From the human T2T-CHM13v2.0 reference genome, Homo sapiens, in NCBI RefSeq assembly GCF_009914755.1, contig NC_060925.1: a stretch of DNA of 64,000 nucleotides. One strand, 5' to 3'. Of this stretch, positions 43,049 to 58,783 are shown piece by piece (position 1 is the stretch's first letter; each line of letters opens with the position of its first letter). Position numbers and translations under genes: made by a program. The notes beneath the pieces were generated by a model, which saw only the letters and a program-made list of their open reading frames with translations, ran no database searches and had not been told where the DNA came from.

Positions 43049-44765
43049 CAGTGATGTGGATGTTTTGGACTAACTGCTGCAGCATGAAGCATGACCCCCG
43101 CTTCCCAAATCAATCATATGCTATACAAACTTGCGAACTCTGTGGAACAAGAAAAAGCAAAATTATCCTGCCAGTAGCAGAAATCTTATTAGTTATACTG
43201 ATATGCTAAATATTAGCCATGGTTGGACACTTATATTACCCAAGCAAAGAACACTGTAAGCACTCTCATCTCCTTATTTTACTCTGAAAACGTTCCTTAA
43301 ATAGCACCCCTTGTCAGCTGTGTTGGTTGAGTCCCTATCATGAAAGTGAGTTTAGCCAATGTAACATCCAAGTTCCAGTTAACTGATGTGGATCTCTATA
43401 CTAGTATAAAACTTGTGTTCATATACAGCTTATGTGCTGTAAGAGAACAAAAGTAATCCAAGGGGGGAAATCTATTTTAAAATTCAGTGACAGCCATCTA
43501 CCTATTGAAGTAGTGCTTGTGGCACCACAGACACAAAGGAAGAGAACTTCCAGGCTTCACTCACTCTTTCTGTCCCCTTGATACTTCAGAGTATCTAATT
43601 TCCTAAAGCTTAAAAATGCAGGTGACAATTCTATCCTCAATTTAACGACTCATCCCCTCCCCCAAAAAAACTATGCTCTGAACCCTATTAAGTAGAGGAT
43701 GATTACTAATGGAAATGCTGACAGATCCTTAACTTAATGATGAGAACTGATATATGGCTGAAATAATGTACATTCAAGAAATCAATGCAAAGAGTCCAAA
43801 CACTTCTAGAACATTGTGCCCAGTATTTATAGGAAAACATCATCAGTGACAGGTAGGCTGGGTGAAAATTCTTCTCTCCCCGTATGGCTGACAACAAACA
43901 AATTGCTCGTCTGATCTTCTGGTGTCACATCCTGCAGCGCAGATTTCAAGCAACACTGCTTGCTCCTTTTCAGAAAACAATGCACTAGGAGCCTGGGCTT
44001 TACAATAAATGATTCAACCAATTTACAGGGCTCACTGGAAATACACAGGACAATTCACAATGCGTGTGTTATAATTCTTATTTGGCAAATGATTTTATTA
44101 TAAACTAGTAATCCATTTTCTTTACAGGTTTTCTGCTACTGTTTAATAGACTGTCAGTATAATTTAGATTTCATCTATTTAAACTCATTCAAGCCTGGCT
44201 CCTGATTGTACAGTAAATGGAACATATTTCTATTCAAAGAAATTAATGACAGTTAACTGTAGTCTGCAGTTCTCAGTTTTGTAAATGCAACTGTTCCACA
44301 GTCCAAGCATCAAGCTACAAAATTTCCCACACCAATTATTTTCCTGTACTTCACAGGCATCTTCTATTTCTTGGAAGCCTTCCTTGTTAAGACTAATGTA
44401 CATATTCATTTAATATTCTTTCCCATTCAAATATTTACCTCCAACTTTCTAGAAAGTTAGGACTTAAATACAACCAAAATGTCAGAAAATAAAAGTTTAA
44501 TTGCCATTCTGGAAAGATGTTCTACTAATACGGATTTTTTTAAGTTAGCAAAATTCAAGATTAAAAGACATTTTTAAAAACATACTCTTGGATGATTTTC
44601 TTATATATTTCAAATCAGTTACAATGTCAACATTAAGTGAAATTTATTAAAAGTAGGCTAAATATCCTATATGGATTTAAATATACAAACAAGGCACATG
44701 GCATATATTAATATATACTGAATTGCTTCTGAGATTGATATTCTGTTTAAGAGAAATTTACTTAT

Positions 44766-45107
44766 GGCCAAGCTTAGTGGCTCACACTTATAATCCCAAC
44801 ACATTGGGAGGTGGAGGCAGGAGGATCACTTCAGGTCAGAAGTTCGAGACCAGCCTGAGCAACATAGCAAGACTCCATCTCTACAAAAAAAAATTTTTTA
44901 AATAGCTGGGCACGGTGGCAGGCACCTGCAGTCCCAGCTGCTTAGGAGGTTGAGGTGGGAGGATCACTTAAGCCCAGGAGGTTGAGGCTGCAGTGAGCTA
45001 TAATAGCACCACTGCGTGCCAGCCTGGGGAACAAAGCAAGATCCTGTCTCTTAAACACGCACGTGCGCACGCACACACACAGACACACACACACACACAC
45101 ACACACA
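44766..45107 (+). mobile_element. Alu (AluJ-like) with (CA)n tail
   Basis: Dimeric Alu, then cacgcacgtgcgcacg(ca)n. Confidence 0.92.
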
Positions 45108-45259
45108 AATGTACTTCTGAGTGTTAGTTACTAGAAATCACAACAATCCCGTGAGTGATTTTTCTTCTTGAGTGATTACTCTTTCATGGAAGAGGAAACA
45201 TCCACACAGCTGTGTAAGACATGCTTAAAGCAGAAAAAAGCATGCAAAGATGCACCTTA

Positions 45260-45570
<311 letters not shown>

Positions 45571-46345
45571 AAGAGAAATGAACTTATCAAATCAACACCC
45601 AAACAGTAATAAGGTAAGGACCCAGAATTTGCTGCCCCAAACTATAACCACCAGGGTCACACAATGACAGATGAGAAGTAAAGGAAAAACAGAGACACCC
45701 TTTTCATTCAGCAAGCAAAGTCTGCTCACCTGGCTTTGTTTCTCCTCTCCTATAGACACATTCAATCAAGACCAAGCCATGCCCATCCTCACGCTGCTGC
45801 TACTACAACCGCTCTTCCCAACCAGGTCCTATCACAATCCTGCTCAACCTTCAGGACCCAAATGCCACCAACTTACAACCTGTTCTATTCAGTTATCTGC
45901 CCACTCAATGCCTATTACTAACGTATCACTTCCCTAAATGAGAGCAATTTCTCCCCACAAAATGAAGGATCAAGGGCTAAAATCCTTTCTACTTTTTTTA
46001 TCTTGCAGTACCATACCACTATAAAACATCTTCTACAAAGTTGCAGGCACAGAAGACTGTGCTCTTGTTTTATTGGCTGATTGTTAAAATGCTACTAATA
46101 CTATAGCTGACATCTAATACACTTCATTAAATTCTACCAGCTTACTTGAAATCTATTACAGTGTCAGCAGGCTTCAAATTTAATTGTTTGCTTTAGTTTA
46201 TATAAACTTGAAAGGGCAAATGAAACCTGTTCCCTGACTCTCGAAATCTACCCATACCTACTCCTTCTCTCCCTTAAATCGTTGTTGTTTTCATTCGGGT
46301 TTTTGTTGTCATTGCTGTTGTTTGGGCAGGTCTTACTTCTTCTAA

Positions 46346-46662
<317 letters not shown>

Positions 46663-47480
46663 TGAATAAAGATACTTTAAGAATAATTTAAAACATCAAG
46701 ACACTTTCCTATGACAATAAATATTGAGACCTCATTTTTCCTTTAAAGATCTTCAGCCCACTGTGAATTACAAATGTCATTTTACAACTATTCAACAGGT
46801 ATTTTGAAAAAACAATTCCACCTACACAGTAATTTCCAATCATCTATCTCCTTATGATTGCAATCATCCATCTCCTTATGATACAGTGATTTTGCTTTCT
46901 GAAATATACAATATACTCAGGATAAAAAGAATTCTAGGGTTGTAAGGGATTTTGTCTGGTAATCTGCTGTCCACCTGTCACTTTCATAATCAAAATTAGC
47001 ACAGATTTCAGCAAGGTCATAGTATTTAAAGTATCTAAATGCTTCTTGATTCCTAAAATGAGACGAGAGCTTCTGTTTATTGTTCAAGCCATAAGAGGCT
47101 CTGGATGCTTTCTATATGAAACCGTATTCACAACAGACTTCGTTCAACAAATGAGTGCAGCTGCTCTAGGCCAATATAACACTTAATGAGAGTGTTGCTT
47201 TAGCATGCTCCTTTTGTAATCTGTACCTTGGAAAAATTACGTTTTGAACATCTGCGAAGACAAAATGTATGAGAACTTTGGGAGGAAAAATTAAGACTTC
47301 CCCATTCTAAACAAAGTATATGAAAGACCCTTTGTCTTATAGGCAAGTCTTGTCAAGGTTACATTAAAAATAAAGAATATGAAGGATTCTATAAGGAAAA
47401 GAATCATAATCTCATAAAAACATTCACACACAAACTGACTGGGCACCACTAATGTGCCACGTAAGTGCTGGAGATGCTAA

Positions 47481-47899
<419 letters not shown>

Positions 47900-47939
47900 C
47901 ATCTTCAATAATTTTAATGGTTACTTATTTTTTTGTCTC

Positions 47940-48540
47940 TGAAACAGGGACTGCTAGCTGGGCCCAATATTTATTCTCCCCTTCTTCCTTATTAAGAAGG
48001 CTGGGCATGGTGGCACATGCTTGTAGTCCCACATACTCAGGAGGCTGAGGTGGGAGGATCTCTTGAGCCCAGGAGTATGAGCCTGCAGTGAACTATGATG
48101 ACCACTGCACTCCAGCCTGGGCAACAGTGTGAATCCTCATCTCAGAAACAAAGAAGCAATAATAATAATAACAATAATAATATTAAATAAAATATAAAAA
48201 AATAAAAAACATCTGGTACACAGTTGGACACATGGCCTCTCAGAATAAAGACACTTCCCAGCCTCTCTAACAGCTAACTCGGTCATGCAACAAAGTCCTA
48301 GCCATAAAATATAAGCAGACCTATAATATTTCAACTTCTGGAAACTGAATCCTGAAAAGTGGAAGCCTTGCTCTTCTTACTCTTCCTAGTAGTCTGAAGG
48401 CAAATGTGTGGGCTGGAGGTGGAGCAGGAGATAGAGCATGGGAGAACAAAGAGAATGGAGGCCACATACAATGGAGTAACAGAAGCTTTGCCTGTAGCTC
48501 AAGAACCAAGCCGAGAATCCACACCTCCTGATTCACAGTT
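47940..48540 (+). mobile_element. Old MLT1-like LTR interrupted by a FRAM (47999-48200)
   Basis: gactgctag...ccaatatttattctccccttcttcctt; aataaagacacttcccagcctctct. Confidence 0.6.
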
Positions 48541-50395
48541 CAGTATTTTCGGCCACTTTACTCAAATATTTTTATAAATTATTTTTAAATCGGCAAAATA
48601 TTTAAATTTCATCCATTAAATTTAAATTTCTAGATGCCCTAGTGGCATCCAGAACACATATTTTGGGGAAAATATTCTAATTTTTTTAAACAGAAAAAGC
48701 TAGGAACAGATGATGCATTAAAAAGTAGAACACAGAGCTCTTAATTTAGAATGATCAAAATAGGTTGATTCAACTATTACCTTCTCCTAGGATTATGAAT
48801 CAACCCCTAGCAGCAGACAAAGTCACAACTTCCTCCCCTAAGAGACTTTACAGTGAAGTCAAGTTCCTAGCACGACTCTACTATAAGGTTGCACAAGTAG
48901 GAATAAGTGATGTTAACCTCTCCTGCAGACTGCCTGGCATTCTTTGTGAGGGCAGGTGGATGGTGTCTGCTGGCACTACTCAGTCTCCCCTCTTTCATAC
49001 TCCACTTCTGTACAGGTTTGATCAGGACTTGAGAGAGAATACATGACTGTTCTTCCACAAAAATATAGGGACTACCGACAAACAAATTTTCTAGAACATT
49101 GTATTATTTATAAGAGTTAAAGCTGACCAAAATCATACTATCCTAAATTCTCAGATTATAATCTATATTTTACTTCATATTAGAAGGACGATATCCTCTG
49201 TGATACCACAGCTCTACCTCCTTTCCACACCCTTAACCCGGGGACCAAAAGAAGAGCACAAAAATATGTCTGATCCACTCATGGTGGCAAAGATTTACCC
49301 TTCAAAGATTATACAAAGTCTCCTGTTCTATTGACACAACATTTCTCCAATTTCTCTTTTTTGTTGACATTAAAGTTACATAAGGACATTTCTTCAATTT
49401 CAAAACTACAAATTCAGTCACTTTTATAGGCCAAAGCCCTACGATACACTAGGGCTGGTTAGAAAGAAGTGTGAAACCTTTAAATGTCCAGACATACTAA
49501 CTCAGTAATTCCATTCCTTAGGAAAGTGAGCTGAAATAAATTTATCGATATTCATCACTGCTGTTTAGAACGGAGAATATTTGGAAAACATCAAGTCCAA
49601 CAACACAGAACTAGTTAAACTGTGGCATATAGCCATTAGCGTGTGAGCATGTCATATTTTTTTGTGCCATGGATGACTTTAGCATTCTATATACCTGTTC
49701 TTAAATAAATTTTTTAATGTACGAAAGCAACATATATTGAAATACTTATCATAATATAAAAAACTTGTAATATAGTAATATGTGTACTTTTTTGTTGATT
49801 CATTAAATAACAGGATTTACTAGAGGTCATTCCCTGAATAACCTCCATACTTTCAAAGTAATGTGGAATATAAACATTATTTTGAGATGTTTTTTCCATG
49901 TGATGTGATAGGAGAATACCTATAATTTATACTGATGTCATAGGCACTGCCAGTATTGCTGTGCTTATCACCTAGCTTCATAAATGAAGTGAATGCTGAA
50001 TGTCATTTGACATTTGATGAACTGGTAAAAATAAAGATGCAATTTTTTCCTCACCCAAGTTCACAATCCCTTAAATTTGCCTTGGTTGGCCATATACCCC
50101 AGGTTATGAATCTCAGCATGAATGGCATACAAAGCAGCCAGAACAGTTCAGATTTACAAGTGCTGGCATGGAAATAAATTCAGGACATGTTAAGAACCAC
50201 ATCACAAAACTGCGAATAGCTTAACTCCATATACGTTCACTAAGAAAACTGACCATACAACAAATGTTAACAGTGGTTAAGTAGCTTCTATTTTAACTTT
50301 TACTTGTCCACATTTTTCAATTTTATTCCTTGAAAATGTATTATTTGTTCACCAAAAAGGGAAAATGCAGAAGGAAACTCATAGACGAAAAAAAA

Positions 50396-50680
50396 TTTTT
50401 TTTTTTTTTTTTTTTTGAGATGGAGTCTCGCTGTCGCCTAGGCTGGAGTGCAGTGGCGCGAAGCTCCGCCTCCCGTGTTCATGCCATTCTCTTGCCTCAG
50501 CCTTCTGAGTAGCTGGGACTACAGGCACCCGCCAACACGCCCGGCTAATTGTTTGCATTTTTAGTAGAGACAGGGTTTCACCATGTTGGCCAGGACGGTC
50601 TCGATCTCCTGATCTCATTATCCTCCCGTCTCGGCCTCCCAAAGTGCTGGGATTACAGGCGTGAGCCACCGCGCCCAGCC
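50396..50680 (-). mobile_element. Alu (AluY-like) with small internal deletion
   Basis: Reverse-complement Alu, CpG-rich. Confidence 0.94.
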
Positions 50681-51614
50681 AAGAAAAATTTTTGAAGTCT
50701 ATAGCCAAATATTATAAATGTACTCAAAGGGCAAAAGAAGAAGCAGTAAGTAAATTCAGGGGAGAGAACATAAAAATGGACCACGCTTAATCATTACAGA
50801 AGCTAAGTTAGAGAAACAACACTGAAAAGGGTGCTGGAAATCCGTACGTTCATGTATCAGATGCCACAGCACTTAGAATCCTGACAACTGGGAGATAATA
50901 GAAGTAAAACATATGACAAAACTGATGGTCTCTACAACAGCCAGCCTCCACCAATCCTGACCTAAATGCCAACTGCAATCTTTAAAAAGCTTGCGCTCCA
51001 TGATGCCAAATATCTATTTTGGGGATAGCTGCTGCAGACTTCAAAATCATTCTGGTTTATAACCCTGAAAGATAGCTCCGAGTTTTTCTCCAACCAAATA
51101 TCTTCCAGCCAGTCCAGAGAATAAACTGGAAATCAAGTCTCCATTGTCTAGTTAGAAACTGAGTTATATAACTCCTTGCAAGGAAGAAATATCATCTCCC
51201 CAAGTCTGAGTGCTAACAGAGTAATTACCAAATGCAAACTTCAAAACCTTATGTGTATTTCTATGCTGTGAAATAGTGGTAATTAAACTACTACTTTTCA
51301 GTTAAACTGTTCCTAAGGATGTAAAAATACAGCATACCAGGTGAGACCTTTTTGTGACATTTCCTTTCCCTCTACTAAAAAGGAAAAATTATAATTATAC
51401 ACAGTATTACTAACATTGCCACAATCAATTTGGTAACTGCACAGTAGCTATGTTTTATAATACCAGCACAATGGGATGGCCAGGACAAGTAAAGTCTAAA
51501 AACTAAATACTGTCTAATAATAATGATAGCCTGCTTTAGAGCCAAGTTATACAGAGCTTTACAAATAGAGCCCAAATTAAAATGTTAATGAAAAAATTAA
51601 GAATAAAAAGCACA

Positions 51615-51785
51615 GCTAGGCATGGTGATATGCACCTGTGATCCCAGCTACTTGAGAGGCTGAAGTGGGGAGGACTGCTTGAGCCTGGGAGGTGGAGGGT
51701 ACAGTGAGCCAGAGATTGCACCATTGCACTCCAACCTGGGTGACAGAGTAAGACCCTGTCTCAGAAAAAAAAAAGAATAAAAAAC
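51615..51785 (+). mobile_element. Alu right monomer (FRAM-like)
   Basis: Right-arm consensus, A tail. Confidence 0.87.
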
Positions 51786-53764
51786 AACATATTGAAATTA
51801 TGCTAAAAATCTGTATCATAAACTCACTCCACTTTCCCTTTCTAAAAGAGAGGTATAACTATAATCAAAGCTCCCCTCCCAACTTTTTTTTTTAAACTAT
51901 ATGAATCTCTATTGATCAGTCTACAGTGAGACACTAACACTCCATCTGTCAAGTATCAACATCTGTCCAACACAAAGAAAGCCAGAACAATGCCTGCAGC
52001 CTTCAAAGGGATATAAAACTGTACCTTTGCCTTTTAAAGTTTGGTTTATCATTTTACACATTACACTATCACTCTGTACATAACTGAAAAGGCATTCCTT
52101 GCAAACATAACTGAATAGGGAAATCTAGAGATGTAAGTCAGAAAACACATTTAGGGGTTAAATGAGTGAACAGTGGTGGAGTATCTTTCATATGTAACAT
52201 ATACTATGATGCCTAATTAGCTTGAGTACATTTTTAATGGTGAAATAATGAAAAAGACTTAAAGGTACTGGATATTTAATGCATATATAATGACAAATAG
52301 TCATTATGTATGAATTCAATGGACTTGGTAAAGTGACTAGAAATTTACCCATTTCCAGGCATTTAAGCATTCACTTAAAAGAATGAAGTGACTAACTTAC
52401 CTTCTCCCATCTATCTCTGGTACTTACAATACGCATTATAAAACTCAGACTAATACTAAGGAAGGAGTAAAATAGTGAAGCATTTATCCTCACTTTTTCT
52501 AGTATTTAGGGTATTCACATAGCTCCAAAGTAAAATTCATGCACAGCCATCTATTCTGCAGTATTTAAAACTTTTTAAAACAACAAATCACTCTTGTCCA
52601 CATACATTTTAAAGTAATTTAACAAACAAAATACACTGCTCCATCTTCATAGACAGTATTTTTAATTTTGGAAAGTCTGGTTTTCTCAGCTGGTGAAGCT
52701 GTCAGAATAAATAGAAGGCAATATCTGGAAAGATGACAAACACATGGGTCAATGTCAAATACAAGCCAATCTCTGTCAAGGAAAAGAGCCAAATTCCTGC
52801 ATTTCCATTTAAATTACGTTATCCAACTCAAATACCATCATGCCACTTCAAATGAAAATAGTTTCCCTTTAAACAGAGCTTTTTACAAAACTGATAGAGT
52901 ATAACAGATTAAACAACTCTTTCAGCAATTTTCTTAGCTACTACAAAGTAAGGCATCTATGTATAATTATAATAAGGGGAACATTTAACAATTAATTGAG
53001 CCAGCTAAAGCTAAATCTCCAGAGCTTAGGAGTTCAAATGCTTGCTCACTAAGAAAAAAGGACAGAGGATTTTAATATAACTGCAGGAAATCTCAGTCCA
53101 ATTAGATTCTAGGTAAATATAAATCTTGTTGCACTGTGATTGGAACTCTGTCACAGTCCTCCGGACTGATTTTAGCATCTGGCTTGGAGAGTCAAACCAA
53201 AGAACTCCTTGCCCCACTGTTTCTCTCCACACACTACTGAATTAATCAAGTACCTCCAGGTTCTGTGCTGAACAAAGAAGGTCTTCTGAAGGCTGTCAGC
53301 TTGCTTTTACAACCAACCAATAAGACTCACAGAACATATCATACAACTGTGAGGCAGTAACATCTCTGAAAATATTCATGATTTACCCTAGTTTATCATG
53401 GCGACACCTTAAGTAATTCACTGTCTTTCCTCATTCAGAATTAGATCACGTGAGGCCAGGAGCCATCCCCTTTTGGAGTTTTGATAATGGAGACTTAGCA
53501 ACTATCTTTCAAACCAAGGAGGATTAAAAATTAAGTAATCAAATTAACTAGGGTGGCAGTTCACTTCCTTAACTTAATATACATCTTTTATCTCTGTGAA
53601 GATCTAGAAAAGTGCAGAAGGATTTAACAGAATCAAAAGTATCGTATTAACATTTTGGGGGTCAAAAAATCAGGATATATTTTATATTTTAAATAATTTT
53701 ATAGTTGAAAGAATTTGGTCTGTTAGAAACTGGCCTTGTAACCCCAATCTAAAACCCCAATCTA

Positions 53765-53925
53765 AAACAGTAACACTTAACAAGGATTTTAATATAGGAC
53801 TGGCCCTTTCTGAGTTCCGCACCTATGTGCTTGTGTATATACTTATTTAATCCCCATCACAATTCTGGAGGTAGGTACTCTTATCCCCATTTTATTGATG
53901 AAAAGACAAAGGCACAGAGGCTGTC
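53765..53925 (-). mobile_element. MIR
   Basis: gaggtaggtactcttatccccattttattgatgaaaagacaaaggcacagagg. Confidence 0.75.
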
Positions 53926-56900
53926 CTCTACTCCACGTTAACCCACCAGCAGTGGGGTACTAGATTATGCTGTCCTTTCTCCCTCTGTGTAACTGATTCA
54001 GATTTGTGGTCAAGATGAAACCTAAGGAAGTTTATGCACAACACTGAAACATCTAAGAGAATTTTTTAGGGCTGTTTCACTTGTAAGTCTAATTAACTTA
54101 TAAGAAGAGTTAAGTACTTGAGGTTTGTGTTAATAGACTTTTTAAAAATAGAAACCAAATATTAAATTAGTAAAGGCAAGCTTAAATGTTGAAGATATTA
54201 ACGAGTTTATAAACAAGACTAATTTGTAATTCAAAATCCCTTAAAAGTGATTAAAATGTTTAATTTATAAATGAGATTTATAAGCTGAATTTTTTAAAAA
54301 GTATAACAGTGTCCTTCAATTTGCAACTTTAACAAATTGAATATCAATTTTTTTAAACCTAGGTAAACCTTCTGGACAGTCATTTCTGCATATAAATATC
54401 AATCTTAAGGACTCTTCCCAAAAAGTCCTCCCATCAACTGCTCTGTGCACATGTCTCCTACTCAACTGCTAAAGGAAGAACAGCTGAGACAATGCTACCC
54501 AAGAGAGGCACCTAGGGCTAAGCACTCACATCTAGCAGCTAACTCTGCCTGCGCTAATAGGTATCTAGGGAATGAGTAAGTGCCTAGAATGTGCTAGACA
54601 CTTTTCCAAGTACCTGGGATACATCGGGGAAAAAGATCCCTGTCCTGCTGGAACCAACCAGCATGGAAAAAGACACACAACAGAAATGGAAATGGAAGAT
54701 GCCATGGGTGTGAGTGACTGTGAAAGGTGGGGGGATCCAAGAATTGAAAATCCTAGTGGGCTCAAACAATTTCTGGATCAATTGGCCCCAGGAAGGTGGA
54801 AAGTTAAGAGGTAGAAGAGTGGAATCCATGAGTAGGTCATCACCAGGCTGCATTCCTGAATCTGATCATTAATTGCTCATAAAAATACCTTCAAAGATTG
54901 ACCTTTCAACATGTTTTTGCTCATTATTGAGCCCAATTTTTAAACAGCCACCTAAAGAACATTTCTGTTTCCTCTGGAACACAGTTTTTGAACACACTGT
55001 GGTTCACTGCTTCTTATGTAGATATTTCTGCTATAACACAATATATGTTACTGGGAAGACCACATATTCAGCAAAAATGTTCACTAAAAATGAAAGGACT
55101 TACGTAAAATACAGGGTAAAAAGCAGACTACTCAAACCCTATGCAACTCTGAAATCAGATGGCTATTTTGTTAAAAATCAATACTTAAGAAATAAGAAAC
55201 CCAGGCAGTTACCCAAGAGTGGCTGCACGCTGCCAAAGGTGATACTGAGAATACATGAAAACAACAGATGCTGGCTTGAAGGCACCAAAACAATGCAGTA
55301 ATCTGGGGGTTTTTGTGAAGGTGAGCACAGCAGACAGGGCAACCTGCCACAGAGCATAATGTTAGCGTGTGCCTCTCTGGGGAGGGAACCCCAGGGGACA
55401 GGTGTTCATTTTTCATTTCATTTTCAATAGAAATGAGAAAGCTCCTGCTGATGCAACAGCCAGAGTGAAAGTTTAAATTCTCACCTATTTTTTTCCTTTC
55501 CTGCTAAAATACAATCCCACATTATACCATTAAAGTATATATTATAATTCTATTCCATCTGGTCACACTCCTCTTGCCTAGCAAAAGTTGCACATGAACC
55601 AGCATAAACTGCACATTCTATTGACCTCACTGTTCTATTTACTTACCTATCACACACAAAGCAAAACAAACTATTGCTAAATATCCATATGCAATAACAA
55701 GGTCTCATGGCCAGCCCACATCTATTTCCCCTACCAAACTGCTTCCCAAGCTCATTGTGGGGAATAACTTTAGCCCCATCATGTGCAGGCTTGGGAAAGC
55801 AATCAATCCAGGTTTCTGTCTTTTTTTATACAAGACATGTGCATGCAATTCAAGGTAGACATACTATATTTACTCTTTTGGAACTGTGAATCTTGAGCTG
55901 AGTGACAGCAAGGACAGGAAGATCCTGAAGGGCCCTATTCCAGTTATAGCATGTGGTTGGAACGGTCAGTAGTTCCCGCCAACCAAGTACCTGAACGCTC
56001 TCGTTCCAAGTAGGTTTTGGAGGCTTTTTTCCAGCTTCCCAACCATTATGGGGGAAGCCTGTAATTATGTGAGCCACTCTAACAACACATTGCCCTTTGT
56101 GTTATGTGATCAATGTACACCACCTTGCATCAAAAAACTTTTCATGCATACAACATGCTTGCTTTTTATTAGATCATAGAAAAATGTGTATTTCTCTTTC
56201 AGTTACTTAGGGTTCAAAATCCAGTAATCACCATTAGCCTATGTATTCTTGAACAATTTACTACTCACCTTCTCAGCTTACTTCCCATAGTTTCCTTATG
56301 GACTATGTTGCCCAGGCTAGCCTCAAACTTCTGGGCTCAAGTGATCCTGCCAACTCAGTCTCCTGAGGAGCTGGGACTACAGATGCTCACCACTGTGCCT
56401 GACTAGACATACAATTTTTGGCAACAGGAGAGCTATAAATAATTTTAGGAGTAAAAGGAGAAAAGAGAAAAAGAGCAAAGTAATTATATCACTTGCATTT
56501 TCGAAGAAATCAGTCTATCTCTTCTTTTTTCTTCCACACAGGTTATTTGTTTTTTGTATTCTCTTCAGGGTTTTATGCAAATGTCCATTCATTCTTGGCT
56601 TTAACCAGTTCTCACAGGCCCATACCATTTTACAAACCAGCTGTGTGACTTTGGCCTCCATGTCTTTGTTTCCTCATCTGTACAGCAGGGAAACAATGTC
56701 TAGGTTGTATAGGAATTTTCTAAGGACTAGAAATTACACACTCAAAGCAAATCCAGTAGATAGAAGGTGCTTTAAAACTGGTTGTCACCCATGTTGTAGC
56801 TCCCTTACTATTTACAGCCAAGTTCACAGTGCCCTTTGCAATCAGGCACTTTAGAAGATGCAAATTATTCCCAATAATTTGGCCAGAATGTAATTCTGCA

Positions 56901-57120
56901 GCCACCTCTGTTCTTCTTGAACTGCATGCATCATATTTTAACGTCAAAATCTCAAGCCATGAAATCACATATTTTTTCTCTAATTTTTGATCTGCCTAAT
57001 TTGTAGTCTGCCACAGGTAAGTGACAAGCATGCTGGGTACTAATCCTCTCACCTCATGCAATGGACTCATTTTATATCTGCGTTAGCTTGAAAAAGACTG
57101 GGAAGCACTAATGAGTGATT

Positions 57121-57285
57121 AGTGACTCTCAAATCTAAACGTGTGTTTAAATCACCTGGACATCTTATTATATAAAACATGGATTTTGATTCAGCAGATT
57201 GGGGGCGGAATCTGAGATTCTGCATTTCTAACCAACTCCCATGGGATGCCAATCTGTGGCCAATGCTTGGTGCAGAGAACAACTA
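57121..57285. mobile_element. MER5-like hAT MITE
   Basis: ctgagattctgcatttctaaccaactccc MER5 core. Confidence 0.75.
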
Positions 57286-57719
57286 CAGTACAGGTTTCAT
57301 GATACTTAATGATCCTTTCCCTATAAAATCAAAAAAGATATGATTAATTTGTCTCAAATATCACTTCCCATTTCTCTAATTAGAATAACTTTAGTATTTT
57401 CTCTTTCCTCTATCCTCACGAAGTAATAAGTTTTTATGTGCTAAAGAATTGTCTTTCACATACGTGGAATTTGAATAACTTCCTAATATACATGAAAAGG
57501 CAATCAACTAAAAGATGAAATAAAATTTCAAAAGAAACAGAAGAAATTAAAAGTTAACTAATGTAATCCATAACTAAAAGTTCACTATAATGTGACTGAA
57601 AATAAGAACTACATTTTCCCAACTGTTCCAAAGACATACAACTAAGAGAACTGAGGAGATGTCACTCAAATGTGAAACACCTGAACCTGAGTCTACCTAA
57701 CAACAAAGCTCTTCCTGCC

Positions 57720-58783
57720 TGTTACAGGATGAGTTTGTCCTTCCCAAAATTCGTATGTTGAAGTCTTTACTCCCAATAGCTCAGAATGTGACCTTATTAA
57801 AGAACAGGTAAGGCCAGGCACAGTGGCTCATGCCCGTAATCTCAACACTTTGAGATGCTGAGGCAAGACTCCTGGCTTGAGTCCAGGAGTTCAAGACCAG
57901 CCTAGACAACAAAACAAGATCCCTTCTCTAAAAAAAAATTAGAAACTAGCTGGGCACAGTGCCGTGCACCTGTAGTTCCAGCTACTTGAGAGGCTGAGGC
58001 AGGAGGACCACTTGAGCTCGGGAGTTCAAGGCTTCAGTAAGCCGTGTTCATGTCACTGCACTGTTGTCTGGACAACAGAGTGAGACCCTTCCCCGCCACT
58101 CAAAAAAAAACAAACAAACAAAAAAAAAACAGGGTCATCATTGCCAATGTAACTAAAATAAGGACACATGAAAATATAATTACACTGTAGGTGTGATTAG
58201 TTAACATTAAGTAAGGTGAGCCCTAATCCAATATGACTGGCATCCTTACAAAAAGGAAAAATGTAGATAGACACAGAGATATGTACACAAAGAGAATGCT
58301 ATGAAAGATCACCACTACGCTGCCACAAAGCAGCAAACTACTGTAAGCAAGGACAGAGGCTTGAAACAGATCCTTCCCTGGTGCCTTCAGAGGTAACATG
58401 AGGCTGGGTGGAGTGGCTCATGCCTGAAATCCCAGCACTTTGGGAGGCCAAGGTGGGCGGATAGTGTGAGCCAAGGAGTTCAAGATCAGCCTGGGCAACA
58501 TGGCAAAACCTTGTCTCTACAAAAAATACAATTAGCCAGGCATGGTAATGCATGCCTATAGTCCCTGCTACTCAGGAGATTGAGGCTGCAGTGAGCAATG
58601 ATCGTGCCATAGCACACCAGCCTGGGCGACCCTGTCTCAAAAAGAAATGAAAAAGAGGTAACACGACCCTGCCAACACCTTGCTGTTGGATGTGTGGCCT
58701 CCAGAACTGTAAGACAACATACCTCTGTTGTTTAAGCCACTCCATTTGTTATACAGCCACAGCATCCCTAACATACTAACACA
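57720..58783 (+). mobile_element. MLT1B-like MaLR LTR split by two Alus (57812-58130, 58402-58655)
   Basis: cccaaaattcgtatgttgaagtc...ctcagaatgtgac; ccagaactgtaagacaa...tgttgtttaagccac...ctaacaca; second Alu TSD AGAGGTAACA. Confidence 0.85.

Noticed and set aside
43737-43761. ATGATGA followed by CTGA (C/D box-like)
   Set aside because: Antisense to the host transcript, boxes too close together, no terminal stem.
48629-48653. Palindrome GATGCC-ctagt-GGCATC with partial CTCF-like CCACTAGGG
   Set aside because: Short, incomplete motif match; compatible with chance.
54873-55301. 142-aa ORF on + strand
   Set aside because: Non-ATG start, no recognisable domain, no processed-pseudogene hallmarks.
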